From the IMG/VR virus record IMGVR_UViG_3300030049_000007: DNA of 64,000 bases; one strand, written 5' to 3'. The DNA comes from a virus. Both the position numbers and the translations under genes were made by a program. The notes beneath the pieces are model-generated. The model was not told where the DNA came from and did no database searches. It saw only the letters and a program-made list of their open reading frames with translations. Below, in pieces: positions 61,214 through 64,000 of this stretch. Every line of letters starts with the position of its first letter. Position 1 is the stretch's first letter.

Positions 61214-64000
61214 ATGAATCATCAGATAACTAAAGAAAATACTCAACCAATTATTGATGTTATTCATAATAACATTAAAGAGATTTTTCCTTTAACTGTA
61301 GGTAATAAAACTATAGAAGTAAAGAATATAGAGACAGTTGGTTGGGATAAGGCTGATCCAACCAACTATTATGATATTGCTAATGCAAAAGCACACGATA
61401 AGACTTACGGGGTAAATCTAGTCGCAGATGTAGAGTTATCCCAAGATGGTAAAGTAATAGATAAAAAGAAAATGAAATTAGCTACAGCACCGGTAATGGC
61501 TGGTGATGGAACTTTCATTGTTGGTGGATCACAGTATCAAGTTGATCATCAGTTAAGATTGCGGCCCGGTATTTATTCTCGTATTAAACAGAATGGCGAA
61601 ATTGAAGCACATGTAAATCCAAATGGTTTTAAAAATTTACGTTTAGCCGTAGACCCCGCTACAAAGAAATTAACTGTAAATGTAAATCAGGCAAATATTA
61701 ATGCTATTCCAGTATTAAGAATTCTTGGTATTTCTGATACTGAAATTAAAAAATCATTTGGTGATGATGTATATGATGCTAATATTAAAATTCTTGGCAA
61801 GAAGGGTGATGAAGAAATTAAACGTTTCTTTAAATCCGTTCATCCTTATGATGAATTACCGGAGACTAATAAGTTAATAGCAGAACATTTATCTCTCTCA
61901 CTAAGAGAAGCTAAACTAGATCCTAAAGTAACTAAAATTACATTAGGTCAAGAATATGATCACGTTAATGGAAATGCTTTATTAAGAGGATTTCAGAAAG
62001 TAATTAATGTTTCTCGTGGAACTGAACAACCTGATGATCGTGATGCATTAGCATTTAAAACTATTCATTCAGTTGAAGATTTTGTTAATGAACGATTAAA
62101 GAAAAATAAGAAATCAATTCAATTTGCTATTCAGAATAGAATGCGTAAAAATGATAAACTTGATCAGATTATGAATTCTGGTCATATTAATCAGCATGTA
62201 TTCTCATTTTTTAATTCTGCTGCACTTTCAGAAATTCCTTCACAGATTAATCCATTATCAGTAATTAATAGTTCATTTAAAACTACTATTACTGGTGAAG
62301 GTGGTATTGAAAATGCAGAATCAATTATGCCAGAATCTCAAGCCTTACATCCTAGTCATTTAGGATATCTTGATCCAATCAATACTCCTGAGTCAAAAAA
62401 GATTGGTGTTACTTTAAATTTAGCTATTGGAACTACTAAAAAAGGAAATGAACTTCTCAGTAAATTTAGAAACATAAAAACTGGTAAAGAAGAAGATATT
62501 TCAACTATCGATGCTTATCATAAAGTTATTGCTTTACCCGGTCAAGAATTAAAAGGTCAAGTAACTGCTATTAAACATGGCAAACAAGTAGAAGTTGATG
62601 CTAGTGAAGTTACTCATGAGCTTCCTAATGCCTATTCGGCCTTTACTATGGCTTCTCAGGCATTACCTGCAATGAATCATAATCAGGGTAATAGAGCTGG
62701 AATGGCCTCTAGACATATTAATCAGGCTATCTCACTTAAACATCGTGAAGCACCTTTAGTTCAAGTTCAATCACCACTTTCCAAAGACATGAGTACTGAA
62801 GAATTTTTTGGTAAAAAATTCCAAATTGCGCTTCATGCTAGAAATGAAGATGGAATTATTCAAGATATTACTAAATCACATATTATCTTTAAAGGTGATA
62901 GTGGTAAGGTATATGAATATCCTATTTTTAATAATTTTGATCTACAAAATAAATCTTATTTACATCATGAAATTGAAAATCTTAAAATAGGCGATAGATT
63001 TAAAAAGGGTGATCTTATTGCCGATTCTAATTTTAGTAAAGGTGGCGTATTGTCACTCGGAACTAATCTTCGAACTGCTTATATGCCATGGAAAGGTTTA
63101 AATTTTGAAGATGGCATTGTAGTATCCGAATCAGCAGCTAAAAAATTAACTTCAAATCATTTATTTCAAGATAATATCGATAAAGATAATGATTCGGTAT
63201 TAGTTAATAAAAGAAAATTTGTAACCTTATATCCATCTAAATATACAAAAGCTCAATTAGATAAAATTAGTGATAATGGAATAGTAAAGGAAGAAGTTAC
63301 TTTACAACCAGGGGATCCTTATGCTTTAGTATTACATAAGGCTCAGGGGACTCAAGAAGATCTTATGTTAAATAGATTACATAAATCTCTTGTACAACCT
63401 TATAAAGATATGTCTAAAACTTGGGAACAGTTAACTCCCGGAAAAATTACTAGATCAGTAGAAAATACCAGAAATGTAAAGATTCATGCTAAATATGAAG
63501 CACCTGCAATTATAGGTGATAAACTTGCATTAAGACATGGTAATAAGGGAGTCATTACCTCAATAGTTGCAGATAAAGAAATGCCTACTACTAAAGAGGG
63601 TAGATCTACCGAGGTATTAATTAGTCCCTTAAGTATTGTTACTCGTATGAGTCTTGGTCAAATGTTGGAAAATTCTGCAAGTAAAATTGCAGAAAAAACT
63701 GGTAAACCTTATATTATTGAAAATTTTTCAAAAGATAATCAATTAGAAAAAATTAAAAATGATTTAAAGAAACATAATATATCGGATACGGAAGAATTAT
63801 TTGATGAACATGGAAATTCTTTTGGACAAGTGTTAGTAGGAAGTCCATTAATTGAAAAATTATTTAAGACTGCAAAAGCTAACGTTTCCGCTAGAGACAG
63901 TGGTGCCTATGATATAGATAATAAGCCAATTAAGGGTGGTGAGGATGGTTCGAAGGCTATCGACCAATTGACTCTTTATGGCTTATTATCGCACGGTGCG
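61214..64000 (+). CDS. rpoB: Multisubunit DNA-directed RNA polymerase beta subunit (partial, at least 929 codons, runs off the window; absent from ORF track)
   Basis: Collinear beta motifs in one frame: GTFIVGG...QLRLRPG, QINPLS, GEGGI, HPSHLGYLDPINTPE, HNQGNRA, YMPWKGLNFEDGIVVSE, GDKLALRHGNKG, SPLSIVTRMSLGQ, ARDSGAY...PIKGG. Confidence 0.95.
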   Translation, partial: MNHQITKENTQPIIDVIHNNIKEIFPLTVGNKTIEVKNIETVGWDKADPTNYYDIANAKAHDKTYGVNLVADVELSQDGKVIDKKKMKLATAPVMAGDGTFIVGGSQYQVDHQLRLRPGIYSRIKQNGEIEAHVNPNGFKNLRLAVDPATKKLTVNVNQANINAIPVLRILGISDTEIKKSFGDDVYDANIKILGKKGDEEIKRFFKSVHPYDELPETNKLIAEHLSLSLREAKLDPKVTKITLGQEYDHVNGNALLRGFQKVINVSRGTEQPDDRDALAFKTIHSVEDFVNERLKKNKKSIQFAIQNRMRKNDKLDQIMNSGHINQHVFSFFNSAALSEIPSQINPLSVINSSFKTTITGEGGIENAESIMPESQALHPSHLGYLDPINTPESKKIGVTLNLAIGTTKKGNELLSKFRNIKTGKEEDISTIDAYHKVIALPGQELKGQVTAIKHGKQVEVDASEVTHELPNAYSAFTMASQALPAMNHNQGNRAGMASRHINQAISLKHREAPLVQVQSPLSKDMSTEEFFGKKFQIALHARNEDGIIQDITKSHIIFKGDSGKVYEYPIFNNFDLQNKSYLHHEIENLKIGDRFKKGDLIADSNFSKGGVLSLGTNLRTAYMPWKGLNFEDGIVVSESAAKKLTSNHLFQDNIDKDNDSVLVNKRKFVTLYPSKYTKAQLDKISDNGIVKEEVTLQPGDPYALVLHKAQGTQEDLMLNRLHKSLVQPYKDMSKTWEQLTPGKITRSVENTRNVKIHAKYEAPAIIGDKLALRHGNKGVITSIVADKEMPTTKEGRSTEVLISPLSIVTRMSLGQMLENSASKIAEKTGKPYIIENFSKDNQLEKIKNDLKKHNISDTEELFDEHGNSFGQVLVGSPLIEKLFKTAKANVSARDSGAYDIDNKPIKGGEDGSKAIDQLTLYGLLSHGA

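Noticed and set aside
62808-62990. 60-aa ORF near the window end
   Set aside because: It is an out-of-frame shadow inside the RNAP beta gene.
1-64000. Stop-codon reassignment (alternative genetic code)
   Set aside because: Long genes are intact under code 11, all three stops end coupled genes, and no suppressor tRNA is present.

Overview
This window is a fragment of a large AT-rich tailed (myovirus-like, probably jumbo) phage genome read with the standard genetic code. It has five blocks. (1) 1-19054, minus strand: about 60 small early/accessory ORFs (dCMP deaminase, HAD-like proteins, zinc fingers, an Ala-repeat protein), driven by a repeated 35-bp promoter GCAA-N15-TGTTATAATATAWATG, often inside terminator/promoter/5'-hairpin cassettes. 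(2) 19055-19850: a non-coding strand-switch region with an AT-only core, possibly an origin. (3) 19803-48380, plus strand: virion morphogenesis, including baseplate spike/hub candidates, a tail chaperone with a clear -1 frameshift site, tape measure, lytic transglycosylase, many fibre/decoration proteins, an M15 endolysin and a beta-helix tailspike. (4) 48433-56320, minus strand: 14 tRNAs (tRNA-Leu(UAA) with a group I intron, Ser(ACU), long-arm Ile(UAU) and Thr(UGU), Glu with C33), two HNH nucleases and a metallophosphoesterase, interleaved with over 2.5 kb of densely structured non-tRNA RNA. (5) 56343-64000, plus strand: a sigma70-family factor, baseplate wedge/J, and an unsplit multisubunit RNA polymerase beta subunit that the ORF track missed because it runs off the window. 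The two best candidates for an undescribed system are (a) a shared N-terminal M-x-[LI]-[IV]-K-L-[AS] tag on six otherwise unrelated late proteins, a putative capsid-targeting/maturation signal, and (b) an array of modular, repeated, pseudoknotted ncRNAs embedded in the tRNA operon. All functional calls come from reading motifs by eye; no searches or folding programs were run.
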